64,000 nucleotides of DNA from a virus (lineage: Duplodnaviria > Heunggongvirae > Uroviricota > Caudoviricetes), in IMG/VR virus record IMGVR_UViG_2541047860_000002, one strand, 5' to 3'. The position numbers were made by a program, and so were the translations under genes. The notes below the pieces were generated by a model. That model saw only the letters and a list, made by a program, of their open reading frames with translations. It searched no databases and was not told the DNA's origin. Of the stretch, positions 9,401 through 19,457 are shown piece by piece (the stretch's first letter is position 1; the number at the start of each line of letters is the position of its first letter).

Positions 9401-9899
9401 AGGTTTAACGCCCGCACAACTGGCAGAGCGTAACGCTGAGTATGTAACGGAAATTTCCCGACTTGAGCAAGAACGCTCGGCGCTGGCGGCGGAGAATGCG
9501 GGAATAAAGTCTGCAATTCCAGAATCACGGGATATTGAGGATGACAATGACAATATGGATGACGTATCTCTCGCGGAAGATTTCGGGTTCAATCATGCAA
9601 TAGAACTGATGAGGAGACGGATTCCTGAAACTCCGGCCACCGACGCTTTCCTGGCTGAAGTACGTGCGGAGGCACGCAACGAGGGGATTAACTACACCGC
9701 AAGCCGTCTTGCTGCTGCGTTCAATCACGGATTTATCAATAAGTCTTTGCGTGAAGTTTTCGACGTTACACGCATGATTTTGTCAGCGAAAGAAGAGTTG
9801 GCTAATGAACCGCATCCGCTTGATGGCCTGTCCGGTGAATATGCGGAGAAATCCCTAGAAGAATGGGCGGAACAGATTCGCAAAGGAAGCAGCCAGTGA
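9390..9899 (+). CDS. Hypothetical acidic protein
   Basis: 169-aa ORF in co-directional early operon. Confidence 0.4.
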   Translation: MKSEGLTPAQLAERNAEYVTEISRLEQERSALAAENAGIKSAIPESRDIEDDNDNMDDVSLAEDFGFNHAIELMRRRIPETPATDAFLAEVRAEARNEGINYTASRLAAAFNHGFINKSLREVFDVTRMILSAKEELANEPHPLDGLSGEYAEKSLEEWAEQIRKGSSQ

Positions 9900-10171
9900 A
9901 TATCGACACCACGATAACGATCGATACGGCCCTAAATACCGGACTGGCACTTCTCGGTTGGCTTTACATCATGTCCAGTACATGGCGATGGCTGGGTTCC
10001 ATTTTCCTAAAACAGTGGAAAAAACGGCGCAAACAGGAACTACGCCAGAAGGCATTAGAAGCGTTCTATGACGCATTTGAACTTAGCCGCATAGAACCAG
10101 GCACAACAGCCAGGATAGCGACAAAAGGCGACCTGATGATAGTGATGTTCAGACAGGAGAAAACAAAATGA
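9863..10171 (+). CDS. Small membrane protein (probable start GTG ~9898)
   Basis: Hydrophobic segment LALLGWLYIM. Confidence 0.35.
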   Translation: MGGTDSQRKQPVNIDTTITIDTALNTGLALLGWLYIMSSTWRWLGSIFLKQWKKRRKQELRQKALEAFYDAFELSRIEPGTTARIATKGDLMIVMFRQEKTK

Positions 10172-10392
10172 CAGAACAGACGATGACAAATCGCGAACTT
10201 GTTGATGCCGCGATTGAACTTGCTGGCGATTTTTATTCCATGATGGGTTACGAGCATCGACCTGGTTTTAAGTATTGGGAGTCACCGCATCCGCAAGAAC
10301 AACAGGTGTTTGAAATGGCTTGCCGTGCTTTTGAGTTTATTCGCGGTTCTGATGTGATGGAGGCCGTTGCCGATTTGGAGGATGAAGAGTGA
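10168..10392 (+). CDS. Hypothetical protein
   Basis: 74-aa ORF, overlapping stop/start. Confidence 0.4.
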   Translation: MTEQTMTNRELVDAAIELAGDFYSMMGYEHRPGFKYWESPHPQEQQVFEMACRAFEFIRGSDVMEAVADLEDEE

Positions 10393-10700
10393 GCACAATT
10401 AAAGAAATGCCGGTAGAACGTGATGAATATGGCTGCTGGACACATCCGGAGTATGAAAAGTTTTGCGCAGGCCGTGAATATATTTCCACTGAGGAATTTG
10501 ACGCCTGGATGAAGGGAAATAATCTTCAGTGGACTATTCGCAGTATGGATGAAGATGATTTTGATCTGGACGCAGCTGGTCCCGATATTGCCGCCTGGGA
10601 ACCGGAGCGACCAGAGGGTGAAGGCTGGTTTGTTGGCTCTATTCATGACACTGAAGATGGTCCGGTTTGTATCTGGCTGCGTGAGAAGGTTGCCGCATGA
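10389..10700 (+). CDS. Hypothetical protein
   Basis: 103-aa ORF. Confidence 0.4.
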   Translation: MSTIKEMPVERDEYGCWTHPEYEKFCAGREYISTEEFDAWMKGNNLQWTIRSMDEDDFDLDAAGPDIAAWEPERPEGEGWFVGSIHDTEDGPVCIWLREKVAA

Positions 10701-11389
10701 CACAGGCTATGCATGAAGTGAATTTATATAGCCGTATTGATGGTTCTGGCTACAGAAACATATGGGTTGTTGGTGATCTGCATGGTTGCTACACCAGACT
10801 GATGTCCGAACTCCATCGTGTGGATTTTGACCCGGCGCAGGATTTACTGATATCGGTTGGCGACCTTATCGATCGCGGTACTGAAAATGTCGAATGTCTG
10901 GAACTATTGCAGATGCCCTGGTTCAGGGCAGTAATGGGGAACCATGAGCGGTTGATGCTTGATGCGTTAAGTCCTGATGGCAACGTGAATAACTGGCTAA
11001 TGAATGGCGGACAATGGTTCTTCATGCTGGACACTGATCAGGAAATATTAGCCAAGGCGCTGGTGGAGCTGGTAAAGCGTCTGCCATATATCATTGAGTT
11101 GAACACCGGGCATGAAACTATCGTTATAGCCCATGCCGACTATCCAGGTGGAGAGTACCAGTTCGGTAAGGATGTGTCGCTTTTTGATGTTGTCTGGTCG
11201 CGCAGTCGCGTCGGTGATTCGATAGATGGCATTGGTGGAGAAATCACAGGCGCAGATCGCTTTATCTTTGGGCACACACCGGTACGAAGACCAAAAGCAT
11301 ACTGGAATCAGCACTACATAGACACGGGCGCGGTTTTTTGCGGAAATCTGACGCTAATGCAGGTGAAGGGAGGGCAGCTTAAAGTCTGA
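10697..11389 (+). CDS. Ser/Thr protein phosphatase (PP-lambda-type metallophosphatase)
   Basis: GDLHG, GDLIDRG, GNHE metallophosphoesterase motifs. Confidence 0.85.
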   Translation: MTQAMHEVNLYSRIDGSGYRNIWVVGDLHGCYTRLMSELHRVDFDPAQDLLISVGDLIDRGTENVECLELLQMPWFRAVMGNHERLMLDALSPDGNVNNWLMNGGQWFFMLDTDQEILAKALVELVKRLPYIIELNTGHETIVIAHADYPGGEYQFGKDVSLFDVVWSRSRVGDSIDGIGGEITGADRFIFGHTPVRRPKAYWNQHYIDTGAVFCGNLTLMQVKGGQLKV

Positions 11390-11411
11390 TCAAATCATTT
11401 ACGCACTCAAA

Positions 11412-11450
11412 ATTTGTTAGAACATTGATTATAGTTTTCTAACATATTAT
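11412..11450. promoter_or_regulatory. Operator pair TTGTTAGAAC-N14-TTTTCTAACA (copy c)
   Basis: Inverted TGTTAGA/TCTAACA halves inside the early operon, upstream of ORF 11487. Confidence 0.5.
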
Positions 11451-11486
11451 TTTACCGCTCGGAACAAAACAGAGTCGGTATACATT

Positions 11487-12482
11487 ATGAGTGCAATAAT
11501 CACACCTCATTTCGTAAACGGAGCTGGTGTGGCTGTCTTTCCGGTAGACAAGCCCACCAGTAACTACATTGGCGCAGGTCGCCGTTTCATTATCTCCCCA
11601 CTTCCGCGTGAACAGGCTGAAAACACGCCAGATGGCGTAGTGGATCTGAATTATTCGCTGGTTGCCAACCAGTCTCTGAAACCGTTTTTTCAAAGCGAGC
11701 GCGTATTTAACGCGTTGGGCGGTGAAGATTCGCTTGTTCATTGGGTAAGTTCCAATATCCACGATTGCCAGGCGCACGATAAGCGCGATTGCAGCCACCA
11801 GCTAACCACTCATTTCTATAACGGCTCTGCCGTTCGCCTGTGCTGGAAGCATGATGCGGAATACATGATGAAGGGGTACAGCAAGTTGGACGACCAGTTA
11901 TCCCTGAATCGTGCCAACTGGGTTATGAACTGGGCTGCGAGCGAGTTAAAACTACCGCCAGAACGCGATCTGAGCATGGTTGAACTCACTTTTTGGGCCA
12001 TTCGCCGGAATCTGAAAGATGAGCTACCAGATGAAGCCGGTCGCATTGCATTTTGTCAGCCAAAAACTGAAATCCCTACCGGTACGCTGAAAGAATCAGA
12101 TATCACCTGGGAGCACAGTACCCGCGAGCTGGTGGACATAACCGCAGAGCAGATCGTCAACCTGTCTGTAGATGAGGATTCCGGCCTGCTTTATATGCGC
12201 CGACCAAAAGCGGTCCTCGGTAAAAGCCCGGCTTATCTCCGGTTTGTGGTTTCTCGTCCGTGCATCGGATGCGGTGGCAAAGTTAACCACCCGTTCATGT
12301 ACCGCGCCCGCTCGTTAAACGAACACGACCGCTGGGCTGTTCCTCTTTGCGATGACTGCGCCAGAAGCGCAGAAAACGATGTCCGGGCATGGGAAAAAGC
12401 ACATGGCATACGCCTTTACGTAGCCGCTAACCAGCTTTTTGACTTCGCCATCGAGCGCGGAGTGATCACTTTCAATAACTGA
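11487..12482 (+). CDS. Hypothetical protein with C-terminal Cys-rich HNH-like finger (CIGCGG...H...CDDC)
   Basis: 331-aa ORF; C-x2-C ... C-x2-C cluster at C-terminus. Confidence 0.45.
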   Translation: MSAIITPHFVNGAGVAVFPVDKPTSNYIGAGRRFIISPLPREQAENTPDGVVDLNYSLVANQSLKPFFQSERVFNALGGEDSLVHWVSSNIHDCQAHDKRDCSHQLTTHFYNGSAVRLCWKHDAEYMMKGYSKLDDQLSLNRANWVMNWAASELKLPPERDLSMVELTFWAIRRNLKDELPDEAGRIAFCQPKTEIPTGTLKESDITWEHSTRELVDITAEQIVNLSVDEDSGLLYMRRPKAVLGKSPAYLRFVVSRPCIGCGGKVNHPFMYRARSLNEHDRWAVPLCDDCARSAENDVRAWEKAHGIRLYVAANQLFDFAIERGVITFNN

Positions 12483-12486
12483 TGAG

Positions 12487-13179
12487 GTGGATCAAAAAAT
12501 GAAAGAACGCGGGATGATTTTTAACGATGAGATGGTCAGGGCCATCCTCGAAGGAAGGAAGACGCAGACTCGCCGACCTGTAAAAAATGTCAGGGCCGAT
12601 AACTGCCTGGTTATCCGTAAACCGACAAAGAAACGCAATGGTGTCTATACCCACGTTATGGATGCACCTGAACATGGTTTATGCCCGTTCGGTAACGTTG
12701 GTGATCGCATATGGGTCCGTGAGGCGTGGGCGATATTAGGCAATGAGGATGGTTGCAGTGTGGACTGGAACGACAACCTTTGTCGTGGCGATGAGAAGAA
12801 CGCAGCAAGGATTTATCGGGCCAGTTGTGAGCAAAAGCCGGGTGATTACGGCTTGTGGTCGATACCCGATGATGCCGACTGGAAACCTCACACTGTGAAT
12901 GAAAAATTTGATGGCGGGTGGCGTCCATCAATTCACATGCCGCGCTGGGCATCGCGCATTTTGCTGGAAATTACCGACGTGCGTGTGGAACGGCTGCGTG
13001 ATATGAGCGAGGCAGATGCTAAAGCAGAAGGCGCATCTCCGGCGATGTACAAAATTACGCCGCCGGAAGCTGTTTATCGCGTTGGTTTTGGTGATATCTG
13101 GCGCAGTATTTACGGGCAGGATAACTGGCTATCTAACCCGTGGGTATGGGTAATCGAGTTTAAGCGCATTCAGGAATAA
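12487..13179 (+). CDS. ASCH/PUA-like domain protein (tentative)
   Basis: N-terminal MIFNDEMVRAILEGRKTQTRR resembles the ASCH GxKxxExR region. Confidence 0.4.
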   Translation: MDQKMKERGMIFNDEMVRAILEGRKTQTRRPVKNVRADNCLVIRKPTKKRNGVYTHVMDAPEHGLCPFGNVGDRIWVREAWAILGNEDGCSVDWNDNLCRGDEKNAARIYRASCEQKPGDYGLWSIPDDADWKPHTVNEKFDGGWRPSIHMPRWASRILLEITDVRVERLRDMSEADAKAEGASPAMYKITPPEAVYRVGFGDIWRSIYGQDNWLSNPWVWVIEFKRIQE

Positions 13180-13262
13180 ACCGTGAGTATGCATCAAATC
13201 GTCAGTTTTTCAGGTGGACGAGCATCGGCCTGTCTCGTTCATCTGTTCGAAGAGGTAGTGGC

Positions 13263-13466
13263 ATGACAATCGTAAAAACCCATACCGGCACCGTGATCAC
13301 CAAAGACGGTCCGCAGGTAAAAAAACTGCACCAAACAGAGCGGATGTGGGTCGTCGGCAAAAATGAGTTTTACCACAAAGATACCGGACGCCGCCACTTT
13401 GCAGAAAATACGCGCCGTCGACTGCTGTTAGACACCATCAAGCCTATCGAGGTGAAGCATGTTTAA
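13263..13466 (+). CDS. Hypothetical protein
   Basis: 67-aa ORF. Confidence 0.35.
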   Translation: MTIVKTHTGTVITKDGPQVKKLHQTERMWVVGKNEFYHKDTGRRHFAENTRRRLLLDTIKPIEVKHV

Positions 13467-13698
13467 ACAGAACGAAAAAGCTATCGCTCAAATTGCTGAT
13501 TATATCCCGCGTGCGTGCCGGGGTATGCAGTTGCAGGAAGCCAAAGCGCGCCTGGAGAAAAAAATTGCGCTCTATATTGATGACGGCTGTGATGCTGCCG
13601 TTCTTAACGCGGCGTTCGCACCAGCTCTTAACAGTCATACTCGGGAGTCTTTTTTTTCGTGCATCGAAGCGCAACTCCGCAAAGGAGGCAACCAGTGA
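13459..13698 (+). CDS. Hypothetical protein
   Basis: 79-aa ORF. Confidence 0.35.
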   Translation: MFKQNEKAIAQIADYIPRACRGMQLQEAKARLEKKIALYIDDGCDAAVLNAAFAPALNSHTRESFFSCIEAQLRKGGNQ

Positions 13699-14420
13699 GC
13701 CAGATTGATTATCAAAAGCTTCGTGAAATCGCTGAAAAAACAAAAATTGCCGGTGAAGCACCTGTAATGCCTTTCGATCAGCGAATTAATGCGCTTAACG
13801 ATTTTATGAAGCACTTTTCGCCAGATATCGCGCTGGCATTGTTGGATGAACGGGAAAGAAACCAGCAATACATCAAACGCCGCGACCAGGAGAACGAGGA
13901 TATTGCGCTTACGGTTGGGAGGCTGCGCGTTGAGCTGGAAGGCAAAGACAGCAAAATAGCCAATCTTACCGCCGAACGCGATGCTCTTCGTGAAGGTGAG
14001 ATGGGCGACGCTAGGCATAGCAACACACGGGCCGCAGCTGATATCTACTTCCAACTGGTCGAGGAATGCGAAATTCCTGCTGGCGGATCTCTGGTCGAGT
14101 ACGTTGACGATATGCGCGAGAAGCTGGAAGCCGCAGAGAAGCGCATTGCAGAACTGGAAGCACGGGAAATAAAACCAGCCAAAGGCGAAGTTCTTGTCGT
14201 TGTCTCTGGTTTTACTGGTTGCGGGAAAAGCGCCATTGCCGGGGAAATAGAAATTGCGATGAAAGCTATTGGTGTGCCGGTTCAATGGACTAATGGCGAT
14301 GCAGAAAAGCATATGACCGGCGCTGACTGGCTGACAGCGATTGAGATGTACAAACCAACTGTGCGCATCGTGGAAGTTAATGTGCCACGCGCCGCTGGCA
14401 TTCGCATCAAAGGAGAGTGA
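13695..14420 (+). CDS. Hypothetical coiled-coil protein (Ea22-like style), start GTG 13695
   Basis: AAAGGAGG 6 nt upstream of GTG; coiled-coil middle. Confidence 0.4.
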   Translation: MSQIDYQKLREIAEKTKIAGEAPVMPFDQRINALNDFMKHFSPDIALALLDERERNQQYIKRRDQENEDIALTVGRLRVELEGKDSKIANLTAERDALREGEMGDARHSNTRAAADIYFQLVEECEIPAGGSLVEYVDDMREKLEAAEKRIAELEAREIKPAKGEVLVVVSGFTGCGKSAIAGEIEIAMKAIGVPVQWTNGDAEKHMTGADWLTAIEMYKPTVRIVEVNVPRAAGIRIKGE

Positions 14421-14421
14421 T

Positions 14422-14616
14422 ATGGCAACCAACAACCGTAAAGCAAAGATTCTGTTAGTTCGTAGAAACGCTCCTGGCGTCTGGCAGTGGGTGAGACTCA
14501 GCAACCGACGGATGGGGTTGATGAAATATTACGGGATGATGGATTGTGGTTTTTGCAAAAAGCCCAGCGCGGCGCAAAACCGCTGGAAAAACCATTTGCG
14601 CACTAAAGGAGAGTGA
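14422..14616 (+). CDS. Small hypothetical protein (64 aa)
   Basis: AAAGGAGAGTGATATG junction; internal start of track ORF 14341-14616. Confidence 0.4.
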   Translation: MATNNRKAKILLVRRNAPGVWQWVRLSNRRMGLMKYYGMMDCGFCKKPSAAQNRWKNHLRTKGE

Positions 14617-14617
14617 T

Positions 14618-14827
14618 ATGGCTATTGCCGCAAGTTACACCATGCATCTCTATTGTGACTGCCGCCAGTGTACGGAAGGTGTATATCCAGTGCCAGACTT
14701 CGGTGAGTATATCGGTACGTCATGGTCTGGTTGTGCAAAAGAGGCGCGCAAGGATGGCTGGCGCATAAGCAAAGACAAAACGCGTGCTTTTGCGCCCGGG
14801 CATAAAGTTTTGAGGATTAACAAATGA
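14618..14827 (+). CDS. Small Cys-containing protein (69 aa)
   Basis: Identical AAAGGAGAGTGATATGGC junction as the preceding gene. Confidence 0.4.
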   Translation: MAIAASYTMHLYCDCRQCTEGVYPVPDFGEYIGTSWSGCAKEARKDGWRISKDKTRAFAPGHKVLRINK

Positions 14828-15990
14828 CCACTATTACCAAAGAGCGACTGCTGGCAATCAAGCAGTGGCGCGAAACATACGGACCTGGTAGCAACGTTGT
14901 ACTGCCAGCAGAAGAAGCGGAAGAACTGGCACGGATTGCTCTGGCAGCGCTGGAAGCTGAACCTGTTCTGTATCAGTCCTGCACTCGCCCCACTTGGAAT
15001 AGCGGTGTTCCGTGGACGGAATGGAAAGAACGTAGTCGTGAGGGCTACGAAAACGATTTGCGCTTTACAGACACGCCTGACCATGCCGGTTGGATAAACA
15101 AATGCCGAAAACAATATACCACTCCGCCAGTTCCGGTAATGCAGGCTGATGTCGCGCAAGCAATTGAAAACCTCAAGCAGAAGTTAGTGGAATGCAATCG
15201 CTATAACTACTGCGCAGATGCCGTTAAAGGTGTTGAGGATGCCAGCCGCGTCTTGGCACTCCAAAATCAAAATATGTCAGCGCCGATAACGCCGGAGGCT
15301 ATTGAAAACGCAATTGAATACATCCGCAGTATCGCTTTTCACATCAATGAAGACGATTACCACGGCAAACATATTGCGTATTTCATGCGACAAGCATTGG
15401 CCTGGCTGGAAGGGCATTCATGCAGCAACGATAGACTGGGTAAAGCCGATAATCAACCAGTACGCGGCAACCAGGCTGCCGAATCCAATCGCGGTAATGA
15501 GTGGACCGGCAATCCTGATATTGATAACGCCATCATCATGCTCGATCGCATAGATACTCTGGAAAATTGCGATGATGACCGTATTGAGGCTGTTAAGGCC
15601 GTTTTGCGTAGACTGGCTGGCAACTATCCGGATATTCCGGATAGTTCGGTGCCAGCGCCAGGAAAGGGCGTCACCGGTGAACGTATCCGAATTAAGCCGC
15701 ATGTTTATCGCGAACTGGTTAACCGTCTCCACGATACAGCGATCAAGTGTGCTGGCACCCAGCAATTACGAGAAAGAATTAGCCGTGTTTTAGGCGACGT
15801 TATTACGCCAGATCATCATAAACAAGCCGAGAAAAGTGGCTTGGAAAGGTGTCACCTTGAGGCGGCATTAAACATTAAGCCGGGGCATACACTTGGCATT
15901 ATTGATGCACTATTGGTTCATAAGATGGCCAGGGCTTTATTGCCGCTGGTGGCTGAAAAGCATGAGGTGGACCATGCCAACGAAAGCTGA
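14824..15990 (+). CDS. Hypothetical protein with the YRELVN...GTQQLR C-terminal module
   Basis: 388-aa ORF; shares ~30-aa module with ORF 8463-9086. Confidence 0.45.
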   Translation: MTTITKERLLAIKQWRETYGPGSNVVLPAEEAEELARIALAALEAEPVLYQSCTRPTWNSGVPWTEWKERSREGYENDLRFTDTPDHAGWINKCRKQYTTPPVPVMQADVAQAIENLKQKLVECNRYNYCADAVKGVEDASRVLALQNQNMSAPITPEAIENAIEYIRSIAFHINEDDYHGKHIAYFMRQALAWLEGHSCSNDRLGKADNQPVRGNQAAESNRGNEWTGNPDIDNAIIMLDRIDTLENCDDDRIEAVKAVLRRLAGNYPDIPDSSVPAPGKGVTGERIRIKPHVYRELVNRLHDTAIKCAGTQQLRERISRVLGDVITPDHHKQAEKSGLERCHLEAALNIKPGHTLGIIDALLVHKMARALLPLVAEKHEVDHANES

Positions 15991-16258
15991 ATTACAGGTG
16001 CGCGTAGATGAGCTTGAAAAAGAGAACGCGAGCCTCAAAAAAATGCTGTCGCGGGCGGAAAGGGAATTATCAGGCAAATTATTGCCAGAAGAACTGCCAC
16101 CAGCAGATATACCTGATCGAGTGTCCTGGTGGATGAAGTATTTCCGTGCACCGTGGGAGGCGTTTTGGTGCTACCACCATCGCAGATGGTGTGATGAACT
16201 TGATAGCAGTTTTCCCTACTTTGCGGAAGGGAACACCTGCCCTCAATGCAGGGGATAG
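15974..16258 (+). CDS. Hypothetical protein (start ATG 15974)
   Basis: MPTKAELQVRVDELEKEN... coiled-coil then Cys/His-rich tail. Confidence 0.4.
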   Translation: MPTKAELQVRVDELEKENASLKKMLSRAERELSGKLLPEELPPADIPDRVSWWMKYFRAPWEAFWCYHHRRWCDELDSSFPYFAEGNTCPQCRG

Positions 16259-16593
16259 CATTTGACGAAATCGATCACCCTATCCTGAACTTCAGAAAGA
16301 AGGTCTTTTTCACGCGCCAGGACGTCAGGATATTGACGTTCTGGCCTTACCAGATGCCGGAGCTTCCCATTAAGCAGAATGGCCTCAGAAAACACTTTTA
16401 CGCTGTGCTTTATCCCCTCTGTTTCACTTTTCAGCGTCAAAATAAAGCGCAATTGCTTATTAGCCTGATTCAGATTCAATACACGAATTTGCAGTTCGTC
16501 TATGCTGTTTCGCAATGGGATTGATGCCACCACACTGGTGCAGTCTCTGATTGTCTGAATTGAACGGCTAACATTGAGAACGTTGTTGTGCAT
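16243..16593 (-). CDS. Hypothetical protein divergent from humD
   Basis: 116-aa ORF. Confidence 0.4.
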   Translation of the reverse strand: MHNNVLNVSRSIQTIRDCTSVVASIPLRNSIDELQIRVLNLNQANKQLRFILTLKSETEGIKHSVKVFSEAILLNGKLRHLVRPERQYPDVLAREKDLLSEVQDRVIDFVKCYPLH

Positions 16594-16745
16594 GTGCCCG
16601 ATCCACTAACTCCTGGAGGTTTCTTGTGTCAGATCGAAATATAGCAGCTAAAAGCCAGGAAGAGCGAGACAAGGTGAACGTAGACCTTGCCGCCAGCGGT
16701 GTTGCTTACAAACCCCGCTTTCACAAACTATGCCTTTTCAATGTA

Positions 16746-16765
16746 TACTGTATGAATAAACAGTA
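16746..16765. promoter_or_regulatory. LexA (SOS) box TACTGTATGAATAAACAGTA
   Basis: Perfect CTGT-N8-ACAG palindrome 19 bp upstream of the humD ATG. Confidence 0.7.
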
Positions 16766-16783
16766 TCATTGAGGTAAAACGCT

Positions 16784-17173
16784 ATGGGCTTCCCTTCTCC
16801 TGCGGCGGATTATGTTGAAAGCCGAATTTCTCTTGATCAACAACTAATCAGGCATCCATCAGCAACCTACTTCATGCGGGCAGCTGATAGCCATCACCGT
16901 GAGGGAATATTGCAGGGTGCTTTGCTGGTGGTTGATTCTTCGCTTACTCCAGTTGATGGTTCGCTGCTTGTGTGCGCTATGGAGGGTGAATATCGCATAA
17001 AGAGATACAGGAAGTATCCGCGCCAGCACCTGGAGGATTTAAGCACCGGGAAGAAAGAGGCGTTACCAGTAGATGACGATGGATACACGGGCAGTAATGC
17101 TGTTTTTGGTGTGATCACCCACATTATCAATGACGCCAGGGGCGGTGAATTTGATGATAGTCCTGCTATATGA
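16784..17173 (+). CDS. humD: UmuD'-like S24 peptidase (P1 HumD homolog)
   Basis: MGFPSPAADY...; LexA/UmuD C-terminal fold pattern (LLVVD...GE.RIKR). Confidence 0.85.
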   Translation: MGFPSPAADYVESRISLDQQLIRHPSATYFMRAADSHHREGILQGALLVVDSSLTPVDGSLLVCAMEGEYRIKRYRKYPRQHLEDLSTGKKEALPVDDDGYTGSNAVFGVITHIINDARGGEFDDSPAI

Positions 17174-17307
17174 TTTGTTTTCAGAGAAACCATAGAGAGG
17201 CATGACTGGATCTATATCGCCCTGGCCATTTAAATGATTCCTCCCATTAGACGCGGTTACTCACTTGAAGATAAGATGAGGTTATAATTCTCTTTTTAGG
17301 TACGCGA

Positions 17308-17730
17308 ATGAGTTCGTCTGCTTTTGTCACTGTTGTCACTGGAGTAAGCGTTTTTGTCCTAGGTCGACTCATCATCAAGGGGGTTGAGTCTTACATTTCA
17401 TTCAAGGAACAGTTGGGGGAAATATCGCATCTGTTATTGTCTAACCAAGCAAAGCTATCGAATCCCCGCTCTGACTTAAAACAAGAAATCATCCATGATT
17501 TGAAAGATGCGGCAGCACAGTTACGGGTGAAGTACGAACTATTACCTTTCTATATCAAAATGTTACACATCGGTTTTCGCCTTGTTCCATCAGAAACTGA
17601 AATTCGTAAAGCGGCGCAAGAATTGAATCTGATAGCCTCGATACATGACGGTAAAACCGGAGAGCTGCCATATGAGCACATAGCCAAGATTGGATTACTG
17701 CTCAGAATTCCAACCACTTATTCTGCTTAA
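17308..17730 (+). CDS. Hypothetical membrane-anchored protein
   Basis: N-terminal TM helix; 140-aa ORF. Confidence 0.4.
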   Translation: MSSSAFVTVVTGVSVFVLGRLIIKGVESYISFKEQLGEISHLLLSNQAKLSNPRSDLKQEIIHDLKDAAAQLRVKYELLPFYIKMLHIGFRLVPSETEIRKAAQELNLIASIHDGKTGELPYEHIAKIGLLLRIPTTYSA

Positions 17731-17838
17731 TCCCAGCAATTGCAAGACTGCATCTCGAGGATTTAAGGCACCAAGAAGTGGTATTCAGCATCATTAAAAC
17801 CTATAATTGCGTACACATAACGAGCACACGAGGTGTTT

Positions 17839-18060
17839 ATGCAATCCATTAACTTCCGTACCGCGCGCGGCAACCTTTCTGAAGTGCTCAACAATGTTGA
17901 AGCCGGGGAAGAGGTTGAAATCACCCGCAGAGGCCGTGAGCCAGCAGTAATTGTTAGCAAGGCTACTTTTGAAGCCTACAAAAAAGCGGCGCTGGATGCC
18001 GAATTTGCATCCCTGTTTGACACCCTGGACTCCACCAACAAGGAACTGGTTAACCGATAA
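17839..18060 (+). CDS. phd: Phd antitoxin (prevent-host-death)
   Basis: [39 protein letters not shown]... matches P1 Phd as recalled; overlaps doc start. Confidence 0.9.
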
Positions 18061-18440
18061 TGAGGCATATATCACCGGAAGAACTTATTGCGCTTCATGA
18101 TGCGAATATAAGCCGCTACGGTGGCCTGCCGGGAATGTCAGATCCGGGTAGGGCAGAGGCCATTATCGGGAGAGTTCAGGCCAGAGTTGCCTACGAAGAG
18201 ATCAGCGACCTTTTCGAAGTCTCCGCCACCTACCTGGTGGCTACAGCGAGAGGGCATATATTCAATGATGCCAATAAGCGTACCGCGCTAAACAGTGCGC
18301 TGCTATTTCTACGCCGTAACGGGGTGCAGGTATTTGATTCACCTGAACTGGCAGACCTTACTGTAGGCGCTGCGACTGGCGAGATATCTGTATCTTCTGT
18401 CGCCGACACGTTACGTAGATTGTATGGTTCTGCGGAGTAG
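18060..18440 (+). CDS. doc: Doc toxin (Fic-fold kinase, death-on-curing)
   Basis: [25 protein letters not shown]...[19 protein letters not shown]. Confidence 0.9.
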
Positions 18441-18444
18441 ATTA

Positions 18445-18642
18445 ATGGCACGTAAATACAACAAGTTGTCCCGTGAAGCGTTAAAGATGCTTCTTGATGG
18501 CGTGAGTCGCCGCGAGGTAAAGCAATACCTGGTTGGTAAGCAAATTGGTGCCAGGACCGCTATTGCTGTGTTATGCCGTCAGGAAATGGTTGTGCTTAAA
18601 CAGAGAATGCTTGGTAGCAGACAAAGTGCTTCCAGTATTTGA
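18445..18642 (+). CDS. Small hypothetical protein downstream of doc
   Basis: ATG 18445 in frame within track ORF 18424-18642. Confidence 0.35.
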   Translation: MARKYNKLSREALKMLLDGVSRREVKQYLVGKQIGARTAIAVLCRQEMVVLKQRMLGSRQSASSI

Positions 18643-18674
18643 AAAGAAGCCCGCCATACCAAGCGGGCTTTTTG

Positions 18675-19451
18675 TTATTTCACCTCTTCTGCCGCTGTAT
18701 CATTGGACTGTTCTTCTTTGGCCCGTTCTGCAATCGCCGCACGGCATTTCGCCCTGGCTGTAGCGATTGCTTCTGCTCGCACATCGTCTGGAATCGTTGA
18801 CGTGATATACATATCCAGTTCTTCGGCACGGAATACTGTTTGGTCCAGATATTCGCGTAGCATCCAAGTAAATTCGAAATCACACGCGATAATCTCTGCG
18901 CTACCTTCTGCACCATTTGGGAAATGAATAAATGCCTGTTTAGCCAAACCGATAACACGACATGCGGTTGCCAAAACAGCGACAACCAGGTTTACATTTT
19001 CACACGCTACGGGCTGATTAACGCCGGAGATTACTCCATTTAACTGTCGGTTATATGGAAGGTAGTTTGAGATGCGTTCTACGCGCCATGTGCCAGTCAG
19101 GCTGCCATTCTTAAAGATAATTGGTGTAACGGATAGCCCAAGCTCGCGTATAAGTCGTTGCGCTATAGCAGGATCATTAAACATGTCTAATGCTACACAT
19201 TCGAAAGACTGTGCAAGGGTAAACAGTTCTTCCAGAGAGTAGTCTTTGCCCCTGGCGGTGATGTAACGATGAACGCCGCTTTCTGCATCGCTCCATATAG
19301 CTACGCCATGCTCTTCATTCAGCTCTTCATTAAAGCCGAGATACGTCATGATAGTACGTTCAATCGTGTCAAACGGCAGTGACATGTCGGCGTTAACAGC
19401 CACCAGCAGGCCATTACGCAAGCGGTATTGAATTGCTTTAGTATTTTCCAC
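18675..19451 (-). CDS. Hypothetical protein
   Basis: 258-aa ORF. Confidence 0.45.
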   Translation of the reverse strand: MENTKAIQYRLRNGLLVAVNADMSLPFDTIERTIMTYLGFNEELNEEHGVAIWSDAESGVHRYITARGKDYSLEELFTLAQSFECVALDMFNDPAIAQRLIRELGLSVTPIIFKNGSLTGTWRVERISNYLPYNRQLNGVISGVNQPVACENVNLVVAVLATACRVIGLAKQAFIHFPNGAEGSAEIIACDFEFTWMLREYLDQTVFRAEELDMYITSTIPDDVRAEAIATARAKCRAAIAERAKEEQSNDTAAEEVK

Positions 19452-19457
19452 GTTAAA

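Noticed and set aside
13635-14504. 289-aa minus-strand ORF opposite the Ea22-like and small early genes
   Set aside because: Antisense to a co-directional operon whose genes have RBSs and overlapping stop/start codons; the minus ORF is low-complexity.
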